The notes under the pieces were generated by a model. It was not told the DNA's origin. It ran no database searches and saw nothing but the letters and a program-made list of their open reading frames with translations. A program made the position numbers and the translations under genes. DNA of 64,000 bases from an uncultured Spirochaetota bacterium (GTDB lineage Bacteria > Spirochaetota > Spirochaetia > SZUA-6 > Fen-1364). Location of the stretch: positions 128,001-192,000 of the forward strand of contig CAWJSK010000004.1 in the NCBI GenBank assembly GCA_963845535.1. The letters are read 5' to 3'. Within the stretch, counting starts at the first letter, position 1, and each line of letters begins with the position of its first letter. This document shows positions 30,061-40,423 of this stretch, piece by piece.

Positions 30061-30705
30061 TCAGGCAGCGGGAAGCGCTGCCTCCACGGATCGTGTTTGC
30101 CGCCATGGGTGCGGCTCCTCGTCGGCCCGGCGCTTGCCCGGCGACGGGACCCGACGGTACATGAGGAGGAAAAGGCCGTAGACAATGGCCGTCTGGAGCG
30201 CTCCTATCACGGCGATCTGAAGCGGGTCCCTGAGCACGGACATTGCCACAATGCTCACCCCCGCGCCCGCTCCTGAGCCCAGAGCGTCCGCCATTGCGTA
30301 GCGCCGGTCGAAGCTTGCCCGGCTGGCCCGGTACCTCTTCTCTTTGATCTTCTGCAGGAGAAACACGACGGATGTCGAGAACACCCCGATGATGGCCATC
30401 GAGACGAGGTAATAGACGGCAAGATCGAAAGCCGCCACGAGCGCGGCGGCGCACCCGGCAACCAGCTCGAACACCATGACCCAGGGAAGAACGGCGTACA
30501 TCCGCTTGAACAGGCGCTGGTTGCCCAGAACGGCGCCGATCAAAACGGGGAATCCCGACGACATGAAGGAGCCGACGGCTATGACACGCGGGTCCAGGCG
30601 CGAAAGGATGACGCTGATGTACAAGGGGTTGAGAAACCCGTAGAAGAAGCTGCTGATGAAACCGCTCAGGACAAAGACATCGAGGACTGTCTTGTTTTTT
30701 CTCAT
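30061..30705 (-). CDS. Membrane protein with about 6 TM segments, resembling half an MFS transporter
   Basis: ATG at 30705 after GGAGGTGG; alternating hydrophobic segments. Confidence 0.65.
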   Translation of the reverse strand: MRKNKTVLDVFVLSGFISSFFYGFLNPLYISVILSRLDPRVIAVGSFMSSGFPVLIGAVLGNQRLFKRMYAVLPWVMVFELVAGCAAALVAAFDLAVYYLVSMAIIGVFSTSVVFLLQKIKEKRYRASRASFDRRYAMADALGSGAGAGVSIVAMSVLRDPLQIAVIGALQTAIVYGLFLLMYRRVPSPGKRRADEEPHPWRQTRSVEAALPAA

Positions 30706-30899
30706 GCTTCCACCTCCCGTGGCGCGCATCGAAACCGCGCGGGAGATGGACCAGGGGCATCCCCCGTGCGCTAGGTCAACCTACCCCCAGGGTCGTCGGC
30801 GTGTTGCATCATGTCCTCCAGAGCGCACAGAGTCAGGGTGACAAAAAAAAGGCTTTCATCACCTCATGAACAAAAGGATAGCTCAGGAAATTGGCTCCG

Positions 30900-31616
30900 T
30901 CAAATGGGGGCCGGCGCCTGCTCCAGAAGAGCGGTCAGCTCATGCCACTGTGAGATTGCCGCATACTCCGTGACGCTGGAGGGAACCGGCGCATGGGCGT
31001 TGTAGGCAACCGGAAAGAGACCTGCCCGCTGGGCGCCAATGATGTCGTAGCCGACGTTATCGCCGGCAAACCAGCTTTTCTCCGCGGAGACACCCATCCT
31101 CCGAAGCGCCGCCTCGAAGATCAGGGCGTCGGGCTTCCTGATCCCGTAATCGGCGCTGGAGACGACAAACTCGAAATACCGGCGGATGTCCTGGCGTTCA
31201 AGCTCTCTTTCGATCGTCGCGGCGCCAAATGAAGAATTGGAAATAACGCAGCTCCTGATGCCGCGCGCTCGGAGATGGTCCAGCATTTCAACGACACCAG
31301 GACGCAACGCAACCGTCAGGGAAGCGTCCCAGAACTCCCACTCCAGCTCGGCAGGCGGCAGACGGAACTGCAGGCCAAAGGAGTCGGAGAAGATCCGAAA
31401 CAGGGCGCCCTGCGTGAACTCCAGGGCTGACTCCTCCTCACGCGGTATGGTTGCGGTCACGAGCCTGCGCCCAAGGTCCTGGAGCTCCTCCAGCGTTGCA
31501 CCGCGCGGGTTCTCCGCCGACGCCAGGAGCGCGGTGTTGCCCAGCGCGGGGTCGAACGATACGGAGTCGATGAGTGTCCCCCAGAGGTCGAAAAGAATCG
31601 CCTCAGGCCTGCGCAT
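30900..31616 (-). CDS. HAD-family hydrolase, subfamily IA
   Basis: [17 protein letters not shown]...[14 protein letters not shown]. Confidence 0.85.
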   Translation of the reverse strand: MRRPEAILFDLWGTLIDSVSFDPALGNTALLASAENPRGATLEELQDLGRRLVTATIPREEESALEFTQGALFRIFSDSFGLQFRLPPAELEWEFWDASLTVALRPGVVEMLDHLRARGIRSCVISNSSFGAATIERELERQDIRRYFEFVVSSADYGIRKPDALIFEAALRRMGVSAEKSWFAGDNVGYDIIGAQRAGLFPVAYNAHAPVPSSVTEYAAISQWHELTALLEQAPAPI

Positions 31617-31696
31617 TCGCGGATGCCTCCTTGATTCTGCGGACCAAATATACGCCTTGCAGGCATCGATGGGTATCACATATGATGCAGGCCGTT

Positions 31697-32461
31697 ATGG
31701 CAGAACCAAAAAGCTACCTCATCGACATGGACGGGGTCCTGGTGCGGGGCGCTTCACCAATCCCCGGCGCGGATGAGTTCCTCAGGCGGCTTTCCGCGCG
31801 CGGCGCGCGGCATCTCGTTCTCACGAACAACCCCAAGTACACGCAGGAGGACCTGGCGTATCGGCTGAACAGCATAGGGCTTGGCCTTGCGCCGAAGTGC
31901 ATTTTCACCTCCGCCATGGCGACGGTGAGCTTCCTCAAATCGCAGAAGAGCAGCGGCAAGGTTTTCGTGATCGGAGAGAGCGGGCTCACGGGACCCCTCC
32001 ACGAAGCCGGGTTCATCATCACGGACGTCGAACCGTGGTATGTCATTCTCGGTGAGACCAACTCGTACAGCTTCCAGCTCATCACCACTGCCATCCGCCT
32101 CATTGAGAAAGGCGCCCGCTTCATAGCCACCAACCCGGACCCTTCCGGGCCGGGAGACGGTGGCCTGGTTCCCGCCTGCGGCGCCATGGCCGCGCTCATC
32201 GAAAAAGCCACGGGAGTCAGCCCGTTCTTCGTGGGCAAGCCCAACCCGCTCATGATGCGTACCGCGCTCAACTACCTGGGGGTCCATTCCGAGAACACCG
32301 TAATGGTGGGGGACAGGATGGACACCGACATGGTGGCTGGGGTCGAAAGCGGAATGGAAACCGTGCTCGTGCTGAGCGGCGTCACGCGGCGGGAGGACGT
32401 GGAGCGCTATCCCTACCAGCCGACGCGTATCGTCGGGTCGGTTGCGGACATCGTTCCATAA
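31697..32461 (+). CDS. nagD: HAD-IIA hydrolase, NagD-like
   Basis: [35 protein letters not shown]. Confidence 0.9.
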   Translation: MAEPKSYLIDMDGVLVRGASPIPGADEFLRRLSARGARHLVLTNNPKYTQEDLAYRLNSIGLGLAPKCIFTSAMATVSFLKSQKSSGKVFVIGESGLTGPLHEAGFIITDVEPWYVILGETNSYSFQLITTAIRLIEKGARFIATNPDPSGPGDGGLVPACGAMAALIEKATGVSPFFVGKPNPLMMRTALNYLGVHSENTVMVGDRMDTDMVAGVESGMETVLVLSGVTRREDVERYPYQPTRIVGSVADIVP

Positions 32462-32485
32462 AAAAGCCCCGGATTGCCCGGGGCT
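32461..32485 (-). terminator. Intrinsic terminator between convergent genes
   Basis: agccccgg-attgc-ccggggct stem next to an A-run (U tract on the minus strand). Confidence 0.65.
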
Positions 32486-32490
32486 GCCCT

Positions 32491-34641
32491 TCACTTCGTC
32501 GTTCTGTGGAAAACCCCGTCCCATCCCCGTGGCGGAGGATCCTGCCTGAAATCCTTGATGCGCTGAAGGAAAACCTTGCTCGTTTCGTCCTTCAGCCCCT
32601 TGGCAAGCGCTGCAAAGCCCTTCTCCGCGGCTTCCCACTTCTGCTTGCGGTACAGCTCGAGGGATGACTCGAAAACGTCTTTCAGGTTCACGAGCTTCTC
32701 CGCCGCGGTCTTGGAATCCTGGAGCACCTCGTAGATGCGGACCGGCTGCGTTTTGCCTTTGACCGTCATCAGATCGATCTCACGACAGAGGATGGCGTCC
32801 TTCACCTTATCGTAGACCGCTTCCGTAATCAGCGTCTTGGTCCCATATTCCTTGTTCGTGCCTTCCAGGCGTGCGGCCAGGTTCACCGTGTCCCCAATGC
32901 TCGTGAAGTCCATCCTGTCCTTGGCGCCCATGCTTCCAAAGACCACCTGGCCTGTGTTGATGCCGATCCCAATAGACACGTTCTCCCGGCCCTGTGCCTT
33001 GGCCAGCTCTTTCTCCTTGGCCATGGCCTTGCGGATATCCAGGCTTGCTTTGCAGGCGTTGACGTCCTTCTTCGCGCCTTCGAACATCGCCATGATCTCA
33101 TCCCCGACGAACTTGTCGATCTCCCCGCCGTTGGCGTGGATGATCGAAGTCTGCAGGTCGAGGTAATGGTTGAGCATCTGAACCACCTTGTCCGGGGTCA
33201 TGGACTCCGAGATGCTCGTGAATCCACGGATGTCGGTGAACAGGAAGGTGAGCGTCTTCCGCTCCGTGGTCGGCTTCTCCCGTTCAGAGTGTTTCAGCGT
33301 GGAGGCGGAAATGTAGGGAATGACTCCGCGGATGACGGTGGTCATGTTGTTGACTTCATTGGAAAGGAGCTTGATCTCGTCCCGCGTCGTCACGCGGTCC
33401 TTGTACTGGAGAAGCTCGGCGGAAACCTTCTCCTTTCCCTTGATCATGCGGGAGAGCATGTCCGCAATGGAGTACACGCTCATCCTGAGAAAAAGGATGG
33501 GGAAAACGATGTTCCGCCCGAATAGGAAGATGAGAAAGACCGATGCGTACATGAAAAGCGCGGCGACTACGAAGACTTTCACCTGGGTGCGGAAGTACGG
33601 CTCGTAGATCACATCCCGCGCGTAATCCACGGTGACGTAGCCGATGAACACGTTGCTCAGCAGGACGGGGGCCAGGAACTCGTAGACCTTCTTCTCATCG
33701 TTGTAGCGGGAGGTCACCTCGGTGAGGGGAGAATCAAGGGTCGTCCTCTGGCCGACCCGGCTGGGGTCCGTGCCGGACCATAGCACGAAGTCCCCCGCCT
33801 TGACGTCCCTGCGAAAGAAGGAAAGCGTATTGAACCGGAAAGAAGACCCCGAGCCCGTGGCTGCGCTGTTCTTCTTGGCGGCGGCGTCGAAGTAATCATC
33901 CAGCGCGATCCGGTCAGTAGGGTTCGCCTTGACTTCGGTGGCCGCGCTCTCCGTCACGCTCTCAGCGTTCGCAAAGACGGCGTCCTGGATGGTGACTTTG
34001 AAGTTGCTGAGGAGCACGATGGAAAGCACCACGATGACCACGAGGATCAACGGGACAAACGTAAGGATCAGCCGCCTCTGGATTCCCTGACGCGGGACGA
34101 TGGACAGCACTCCCTGCTGCCCGTTGCCGCCCTCCCCGCCCCTTCTGAAAGTAAGATACTCCTGGTAGAACGGATCACGCCTGCTGATGCTCATGATGAG
34201 CGAGACGATCGAATAGGCGTTGAAGGCGAGAGAAACGGCAAGCACGCCGTAGGTGACGGGATGGAGCGCCTCGAAGTAGCGGGCGTTGGCGGCGAAGGCA
34301 ATGATATGGACCACGATCATTGCTATCACGAGCGCGCTTGACACGAAGTTCAGCAGAACGGAAATCGGCGACGCGGTATCAGCGATCAAGGGAACGCGGT
34401 CCCGGAGGAAGAACGCCGCGATCTTCCACAGACAAATCACGGGGACAAGCCAGGTAATGACGGTAACCGCCATCCAGGCGCCCGGCTGGCTCGGCGGAGA
34501 TCCGTAGAGCGATCCCGCGAACTGGATGGGATTGAAGCCGCTCAAGGTCTGGTTAATGTAGGGGAGCACATACCAGACGATCAGGATGACGGCAAAACCC
34601 ATTTCCATGGCATGGTAGGCCAGCCTGGACTTGTCCTTCAT
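32491..34641 (-). CDS. Membrane-bound class III adenylate cyclase
   Basis: LFTDIRGFT, IDKFVGDEIMA, GIGINTG, DFTSIGDTVNLAARLE; the Lys/Thr pair suggests ATP specificity; multi-TM N-terminus. Confidence 0.9.
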   Translation of the reverse strand: MKDKSRLAYHAMEMGFAVILIVWYVLPYINQTLSGFNPIQFAGSLYGSPPSQPGAWMAVTVITWLVPVICLWKIAAFFLRDRVPLIADTASPISVLLNFVSSALVIAMIVVHIIAFAANARYFEALHPVTYGVLAVSLAFNAYSIVSLIMSISRRDPFYQEYLTFRRGGEGGNGQQGVLSIVPRQGIQRRLILTFVPLILVVIVVLSIVLLSNFKVTIQDAVFANAESVTESAATEVKANPTDRIALDDYFDAAAKKNSAATGSGSSFRFNTLSFFRRDVKAGDFVLWSGTDPSRVGQRTTLDSPLTEVTSRYNDEKKVYEFLAPVLLSNVFIGYVTVDYARDVIYEPYFRTQVKVFVVAALFMYASVFLIFLFGRNIVFPILFLRMSVYSIADMLSRMIKGKEKVSAELLQYKDRVTTRDEIKLLSNEVNNMTTVIRGVIPYISASTLKHSEREKPTTERKTLTFLFTDIRGFTSISESMTPDKVVQMLNHYLDLQTSIIHANGGEIDKFVGDEIMAMFEGAKKDVNACKASLDIRKAMAKEKELAKAQGRENVSIGIGINTGQVVFGSMGAKDRMDFTSIGDTVNLAARLEGTNKEYGTKTLITEAVYDKVKDAILCREIDLMTVKGKTQPVRIYEVLQDSKTAAEKLVNLKDVFESSLELYRKQKWEAAEKGFAALAKGLKDETSKVFLQRIKDFRQDPPPRGWDGVFHRTTK

Positions 34642-34701
34642 TTTCTCTCTCTCCTTGGGCGGGGCCGCTCCGCCGGTGCGCTCACCCCGAGGGCCGCAGC
34701 G

Positions 34702-35964
34702 TCAGAACTGTTCGAGCAGCTTCTGTTTTGAGCGAGCCTTGTCGAGATAATCTGATGCCTGCTCGTAGTCCACCTGGATGGCGACAACGGTCTGCAGGAG
34801 ATCGATTGCCGTCTTGAAATCTTCGTTGCGGTAGGCGTCGACGCCCTTGTCGTACAGGTCCTTCAGGCTGGAGAGTATCTTTTCATTGCGGCTGTCCAGC
34901 TGCTGCATATTCGAAGAATCCTTGGCAACCTTGGCCAGGGAGTCCACCTTGCGGTGCGCCGCCACCAGCTCACCCGCGGCAATCAGGTTGTCGATATCCT
35001 GCAGGGATGCATCGAAGGACACCGGGGTGGCGGTGGGCTGCTCGGTCTTATTCGCCAGTTTCCCGCGCAACACCCGCGCCTCATCGGTCTCCATCACCGC
35101 AAGGGCGGCCTCGTTCTTGACCTCGGCGGTTGTGTAGTCCTTCTTTTTATAGAGGCTCACAGCCCACGTGTAGTTCAGAGTGTACGCCACCTGGCGCACA
35201 TCCGCGTCGAAACTGTTGTCCACGCGCCTGTTCAGATCGTTGAGGGCGTTCACCTGGCCGCGCGCGTCGACAAAGTTGCCCGCGACAATGGCTTTCTGCG
35301 CGACATCAATACGGCGGGCGACAAGCTTGGCAAGCTCCCCGCGGGCAGCGGAATGCTGGCCTTGCGCGTTGGAGCTCTTGGGATCAACATCCAGGGCCCT
35401 GCTCGTTTGCTGGTAGGCCACCGTGTACTGCTTCTCTTTCATGGAGTCCGGGCTCTTGGCATTGATCTTGTCCGTGGCGGCCTTTGCCTTGGCAAGGTAC
35501 GAATTGACCAGGGCGGAACGAACCGAAGCGGTGTCATTAAGCATCTTCTGCGCTTCCGCGTTTCCCGGGTCGATCTTTATTGCCGTCTGGAGAGCGACAA
35601 AGATGGCGTAGTTGTCATCATCAGTGCGTCTGGGGTTCTTGAGCGCTTTGGAGGCCGTCCGCAGGTTTGCCCGAAGCTGGGCGCTCTTGTAGTCATCCAC
35701 CAGCGCCAGGTATTGCTGGGCGCGCGCGTTGGTGGAGTCGTACTTGAGGGCCACGACGAAGTAGTTTCTTATGTCGGCAATTCTCTCGAACTCCGCCTGG
35801 TGCACGAGGTGGATGTCATACTCTTCCACTCCGGCTTCGGTCAGCGCCCTGGATTTGCTTTGATCATCCAGTTTTTTGATCAGGAAAGAATCGGAATCAT
35901 TGACGGACGTGCATGCCAAAAGCCCTCCCGCTACAAGGCATGCCAGGAAAACGAGCCTCTTCAT
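34702..35964 (-). CDS. TPR-like lipoprotein
   Basis: Lipobox LLAC; TPR-like repeats (ALKYDSTNARA, AIKIDPGNAEA, ALDVDPKSSNA). Confidence 0.75.
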   Translation of the reverse strand: MKRLVFLACLVAGGLLACTSVNDSDSFLIKKLDDQSKSRALTEAGVEEYDIHLVHQAEFERIADIRNYFVVALKYDSTNARAQQYLALVDDYKSAQLRANLRTASKALKNPRRTDDDNYAIFVALQTAIKIDPGNAEAQKMLNDTASVRSALVNSYLAKAKAATDKINAKSPDSMKEKQYTVAYQQTSRALDVDPKSSNAQGQHSAARGELAKLVARRIDVAQKAIVAGNFVDARGQVNALNDLNRRVDNSFDADVRQVAYTLNYTWAVSLYKKKDYTTAEVKNEAALAVMETDEARVLRGKLANKTEQPTATPVSFDASLQDIDNLIAAGELVAAHRKVDSLAKVAKDSSNMQQLDSRNEKILSSLKDLYDKGVDAYRNEDFKTAIDLLQTVVAIQVDYEQASDYLDKARSKQKLLEQF

Positions 35965-36037
35965 GGGAACCTCAATTGCTTAGAGTATAGTCCCATTCCG
36001 GTCACGGGACAAGACATGGAGAGTAACAATTGAATCA

Positions 36038-36925
36038 TCACCAGGCCGGCGCTATCCTGGCGGAGTCCAGCGTGTTGGAGAGAAGCATGGTGATGGTCAT
36101 GGGGCCGACGCCACCGGGCACCGGCGTAATGGCCTCCGCTCTTTTGCTCACCTCATCGAACTTCACGTCACCGACCATGCGCTGGCCCTTCGGATGGGAC
36201 GGGTCAGGGATCCTGTTGATACCGACGTCGATCACCACCGCCCCTTCACGCACCATTTCGGCCGTGACGAACTCAGGCCGTCCAATGGCCGCAATCAGGA
36301 TATCCGCCTGACGAGTGAAGGAGGGAAGGTCACGGGTGCGGGAATGACAGACGGTGACGGTGGCGTCGGCAGCCTCTCCCTTCTGCATGAGCATGTTGGC
36401 AATCGGCTTTCCGACGATGTTGCTGCGGCCCAGGACAACCACATGACTGCCGGCGACCTTTACCCCTGAGTACTCGAGCAGCTTCTGGATCCCCAGGGGA
36501 GTGCAGGGGCGAAACCCCTTTTCTCCTGACATGATCCGGCCAAGGCTCACGGGATGGAAGCCGTCCACATCCTTGCTGGGGACAATGGCATTGATCACTT
36601 TCTGCTCGTCGATCTGGGCCGGCAGGGGAAGCTGCACGAGGATGCCGTGGATCCTGGGGTCCTGGTTCAGCTTCTCGACAAGGCCAAGCAGCTCCGCCTC
36701 GGAGGCGCTCTCCGCCAGCGTGTGCTGCTCGGAGTAGATGCCGATCTCATGCGCCGCCTTGTTCTTGTTCCTCACGTAGCTGCGCGAGGCGGGGTTGTCC
36801 CCCACAAGCACCACGGCAAGCCCGGGCGTGACCCCGCGCTCCCGCTTGAGCGCTTGTATTCCCTCCGCGATCTCCGTGCGAATCCTTCCCGCGATTTCCG
36901 TTCCATTGATGATCCGCGCAGCCAT
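36038..36925 (-). CDS. folD: Methylenetetrahydrofolate dehydrogenase/cyclohydrolase
   Basis: PGLAVVLVG, GILVQLPLP, KDVDGFHP, PCTP, GRSNIVGKP, TPVPGGVGPMT. Confidence 0.97.
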   Translation of the reverse strand: MAARIINGTEIAGRIRTEIAEGIQALKRERGVTPGLAVVLVGDNPASRSYVRNKNKAAHEIGIYSEQHTLAESASEAELLGLVEKLNQDPRIHGILVQLPLPAQIDEQKVINAIVPSKDVDGFHPVSLGRIMSGEKGFRPCTPLGIQKLLEYSGVKVAGSHVVVLGRSNIVGKPIANMLMQKGEAADATVTVCHSRTRDLPSFTRQADILIAAIGRPEFVTAEMVREGAVVIDVGINRIPDPSHPKGQRMVGDVKFDEVSKRAEAITPVPGGVGPMTITMLLSNTLDSARIAPAW

Positions 36926-36934
36926 ATCCCCTCC

Positions 36935-37738
36935 CTATCCCATTCCCTCGAACCTGCCTCCCCGCTCCGCGGTGATGTAGGCCATGCAGAACTGGTCCCT
37001 GCCGGCAAGGGCTTCCGCGGCCAGGATATTCGCCATCATGCGCGGGTCCAGGGGATCAACGATGGCGCTGTCCATGCCCTTGGCGACCGCCATTGCCACG
37101 AAAACCTGGTTGAGGAGCTTGCGGCGGGGAAGGCCGTAGGAGACGTTGGAAAGGCCGCATGTCTTGTGGACCTGAGGGTGCTTTTCGGTGATCCGTTCCA
37201 CCACTCCCAGGGCGCCCATGCCATAGTCGGGACTGGTGCTGACGGGCCGGATGAGCGGGTCGACGAATATATGGTCCGGCGGGATGCCGTCATCCTCCAG
37301 CCTCTTGATGAGGCCGTCGGCAACCTCCCACACCCTGCCCATGTCGTCTGTCATCCCGCCGTCGTCAAGGCTCAGCGCAACCACGCGGGCGCCGTACTTC
37401 TTGAGCAACGGGATCAGGGCCTTGTACCTTTCGGATTCTGCTGAGATAGAATTGAGGAACGGGTCCTTGCCCGCCATGGCGAGCCCCGCCTCCACCGCGG
37501 CCGGCCGCGGGGAGTCGATAGACAGCGGGACTTCACTCACCTCTCGGATGACCGAGACCAGCCACTGGACTCTCTCCACCTCGTCAGTGGGGAATGCGCC
37601 CGCGTTCACGTCCACCCAGGCAGCCCCGGCCTCCGCCTGCTTCCGCGCGAGGTCCTGGATGTATGCGCTGTCTTTCTTCTCGATGGCCGCCCGGATCTGC
37701 TTGCGCGTCGAGTTGATCAGTTCTCCGATAATGAGCAT
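36935..37738 (-). CDS. acsE: Methyltetrahydrofolate:corrinoid methyltransferase, AcsE/MtgA-like pterin-binding protein
   Basis: IIGELINSTRK, DVNAG, PLSIDS, NSI, IFVDPL, CGLSNVSYGLP, GMDSAIVDP. Confidence 0.85.
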   Translation of the reverse strand: MLIIGELINSTRKQIRAAIEKKDSAYIQDLARKQAEAGAAWVDVNAGAFPTDEVERVQWLVSVIREVSEVPLSIDSPRPAAVEAGLAMAGKDPFLNSISAESERYKALIPLLKKYGARVVALSLDDGGMTDDMGRVWEVADGLIKRLEDDGIPPDHIFVDPLIRPVSTSPDYGMGALGVVERITEKHPQVHKTCGLSNVSYGLPRRKLLNQVFVAMAVAKGMDSAIVDPLDPRMMANILAAEALAGRDQFCMAYITAERGGRFEGMG

Positions 37739-37861
37739 GCCGCGCCGTCCCTTCTTTGCGCCGACCCCTGTTGAGGAATGGGCGAACTATAGGGCGCGGC
37801 CTGCGCGAAGTCAAGGTTTGCTCGATCCGGGTTTGCTCCGGGTTTGCTCGAACCGGCGCGC

Positions 37862-39109
37862 TCAATCTTGCGCGTCGAAGGAGTAGGCGACCTGCTGGAA
37901 GTGCGAGCGCATCTCTTTCACTTCGTCTCCCACGAACTTCTTTTCCAGAAGACAGCGCTTGAAAAGCTCCGCAATCCGGTCCATCTCCGCTTCCTTCATG
38001 CCGATGCGGGTCATCTCCTGGACCCCGATCCTGATCCCGGCAGGGCTGGTGGCATGGGCCAGCGGCTCGAAAGGAAGAAGGTTCATGTTGACGATGATGC
38101 GGTTGTCTTTGAGGTCCCGCGCGGCCGTGTCACCGCCCCCCAGGTCCGACATGTCGACTGCCACCTGATGGGTCTCCGTGAACCCGAACTGCTCACCCTG
38201 GACCTTGAAGCCCAGATCGAAAAGCTTGCGGGCGAGGTGCTTCGCGTTCGCCACGACCTGGCGCGCATAGTCGGCTCCGAACTCGAGCATCTCGTAGGTC
38301 GCGGCGGCAAGGGCGACGAGGGTCTCCAGGTGATGGTTGGAGGAAGAACCGGGGAACGCGCCCTTGTCGATCTTCCGCCATTCCTCGTCATCTACATTGG
38401 AAAGGATCACGCCGCGCTGTGAGCCGAAGAACGTCTTGTGGGTGCTCGCGGTGACGATGGTGGCCCCTTCTCCCAGAGGGTCCTGGAACTGGTGGCCCGC
38501 AATGAGCCCCAGGACGTGCGCCGCGTCATAGATGAGCTGTATCCCCTTCTTTCGGCAATACGGGGCAAGCTCTTTCAGGGGCTCGGGAAAAAGGAAAAGG
38601 CTCTTTCCCATGATGAGCACCCGCGGCTCGATGGCCGTCATGATGTCCAGGGTGTGGTCAATGTCGATATGATAGCCATCCGGGGTGAGTGGAAAGTTCA
38701 CGATGTTCCTCGTGTATTTGCCCACGGAGCCGGCGCGGTGATGGCTGATGTGCCCGCCGCCAGGGGTCGAGTTGACGAGAGCGATATCCCCCCAACGGAT
38801 GTAGCGGCTGAAGACCGCGTCATTGGCTATGGTTCCGCTGATGGGGCGCACGTCGGTGTGCTTGCAGTGGAAAAGGCTCTTCATATGCTGCTTGAGAAGG
38901 CTCTCGATCTCATCGATGATCTCCGTGCCCTGGTAGTAGCGCTCCCCGGGGTGGCCTTCGGCGTACCGATGCGCGAAGTCCGAGCCCATGATCTCCCGGA
39001 CCCGCCGGCTGGTCACGTTTTCGCTGGCAATCAGGTTGATGCAGCCGTCACGCCACGAGTTCTGATCCTTCACCAGGCTCTCGATATGAGCCACGTTTCT
39101 CTCGTACAT
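37862..39109 (-). CDS. glyA: Serine hydroxymethyltransferase, archaeal-like type
   Basis: LIASEN, RYAEGHPGERYYQG, GGHISH, YDAAHVLGLIA, STHKT (PLP Lys), FPGSSSNHH. Confidence 0.92.
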   Translation of the reverse strand: MYERNVAHIESLVKDQNSWRDGCINLIASENVTSRRVREIMGSDFAHRYAEGHPGERYYQGTEIIDEIESLLKQHMKSLFHCKHTDVRPISGTIANDAVFSRYIRWGDIALVNSTPGGGHISHHRAGSVGKYTRNIVNFPLTPDGYHIDIDHTLDIMTAIEPRVLIMGKSLFLFPEPLKELAPYCRKKGIQLIYDAAHVLGLIAGHQFQDPLGEGATIVTASTHKTFFGSQRGVILSNVDDEEWRKIDKGAFPGSSSNHHLETLVALAAATYEMLEFGADYARQVVANAKHLARKLFDLGFKVQGEQFGFTETHQVAVDMSDLGGGDTAARDLKDNRIIVNMNLLPFEPLAHATSPAGIRIGVQEMTRIGMKEAEMDRIAELFKRCLLEKKFVGDEVKEMRSHFQQVAYSFDAQD

Positions 39110-39164
39110 CGTCAGTCCTTTCCGATTGTATGAAGCCGTGCGGCTTGAACCCGCTCACCCGACC

Positions 39165-40418
39165 CTAATGTTTGAAGCACCTCTGGCCCGTGTAGACCAT
39201 TGCCACGCCGCTTTCGTTGCACGCTTCGATTGACTCGAAATCCCGCTCGGAGCCTCCCGGCTGGATGATGGCGGTCACTCCTTCCCGGATGCCGACCTCC
39301 ACGCCGTCGCGGAACGGGAAGAACCCGTCGGACACCATGCTGGAGCCGGCAATCCCTCCCTTTTGCCGGGCCGTCTCACGGTCGATCTCGGCCTTGGCCT
39401 CGGGTTTCTCCAGCGTGGCATACGGGGTCTGGAAGGCTTCCCACGCCAGACGGTCCGCAAGCTTGCGGTATGCTTTGTCCCGCGCAATCTCGGCAACGCC
39501 GACCCTGTCCTGCTCGCCGGTGCCGATGCCGACGGTTGCCCCGTCTTTGACGTAGATCACCGAGTTGCTCGTGATTCCCGTTTCCACGAGCCATCCGAAA
39601 AGCAGGTCCTCAGACTCCGCCGCGCTCGGCGCCCTCTGAACGCGGTATTCCCTTCCCTTGTACACGGTCTGCGCGGGCAGGAAGTCACGCGCATGCAGGG
39701 TCCGGGGAACGAACGCGGTTTGCGCAATGATCCCCCCGTCGATCAGGCTCTTCAGGTCCACGTACTGCGCGCCGACAAAGCTCTCCAGCCTCGTCATGTT
39801 GGCAATGCGCATGACGCGAAGGTTCTTCCAACGGGCAAAGACGTCCATGACCCCGGGAGCGAACTCCGGCGCCACCACGACCTCGGCATAGGAGGCGGCG
39901 ATCAGCTCCGCCGTCTCCTTGTCCACTTCGCGGTTCATGGCTATTGCCCCCCCGAAAGCGGCAATCCGGTCCGCCATGTGGGCCCGGTGGTATGCCTCGG
40001 AAAGGACGGGGGCGCGGGCAACGCCGCAGGGATTGTTGTGCTTGACGATTACGGCGCACGGCGATGCAGAAAGATAGCGCAGGATGTTGAGCGCGTTGTC
40101 CGCGTCCGTGATGTTGATCTTGCCGGGATGCTTCCCTGACTGCAGAAGCTCGACATCCGAGGCAAGGTGGCGCCCGGCCTGGATGGTGACAGCCTCCCCC
40201 AGGGAAAGGTTCCCATTCACGAGCCTGTAGAGGGCCGCCTCCTGCCCCGGGTTCTCCCCGTAGCGCAGCCCCTTCTCCTCACCGCCTATGACCCAGGTGG
40301 CCTTTTGATAGAACAGAGTCTGCCGGCCCGCCTCCCCGACGAAGCTGATCTCCAGGTGCTCGGGGAAGTGGTCGTCCATCATGCGCCGATATGCGCCCTT
40401 CAGGTCAGGGGTGGGCAT
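39165..40418 (-). CDS. purH: AICAR transformylase domain, C-terminal half of a split PurH
   Basis: LRYGENPGQEAA, IVKHNNPCGVA, AFGG, SNSV, GIGTGEQDRV, SDGFFPF, QPGGS, RCFKH. Confidence 0.88.
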   Translation of the reverse strand: MPTPDLKGAYRRMMDDHFPEHLEISFVGEAGRQTLFYQKATWVIGGEEKGLRYGENPGQEAALYRLVNGNLSLGEAVTIQAGRHLASDVELLQSGKHPGKINITDADNALNILRYLSASPCAVIVKHNNPCGVARAPVLSEAYHRAHMADRIAAFGGAIAMNREVDKETAELIAASYAEVVVAPEFAPGVMDVFARWKNLRVMRIANMTRLESFVGAQYVDLKSLIDGGIIAQTAFVPRTLHARDFLPAQTVYKGREYRVQRAPSAAESEDLLFGWLVETGITSNSVIYVKDGATVGIGTGEQDRVGVAEIARDKAYRKLADRLAWEAFQTPYATLEKPEAKAEIDRETARQKGGIAGSSMVSDGFFPFRDGVEVGIREGVTAIIQPGGSERDFESIEACNESGVAMVYTGQRCFKH

Positions 40419-40423
40419 CCGAT

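Noticed and set aside
30706..30900. Possible riboswitch upstream of the 6-TM membrane gene
   Set aside because: Contains a U-run and hairpin potential but no aptamer consensus I can recognise; an Rfam search would be needed.
37815..37856. ggtttgctc repeated three times between glyA and acsE
   Set aside because: Too short and irregular to assign a function.
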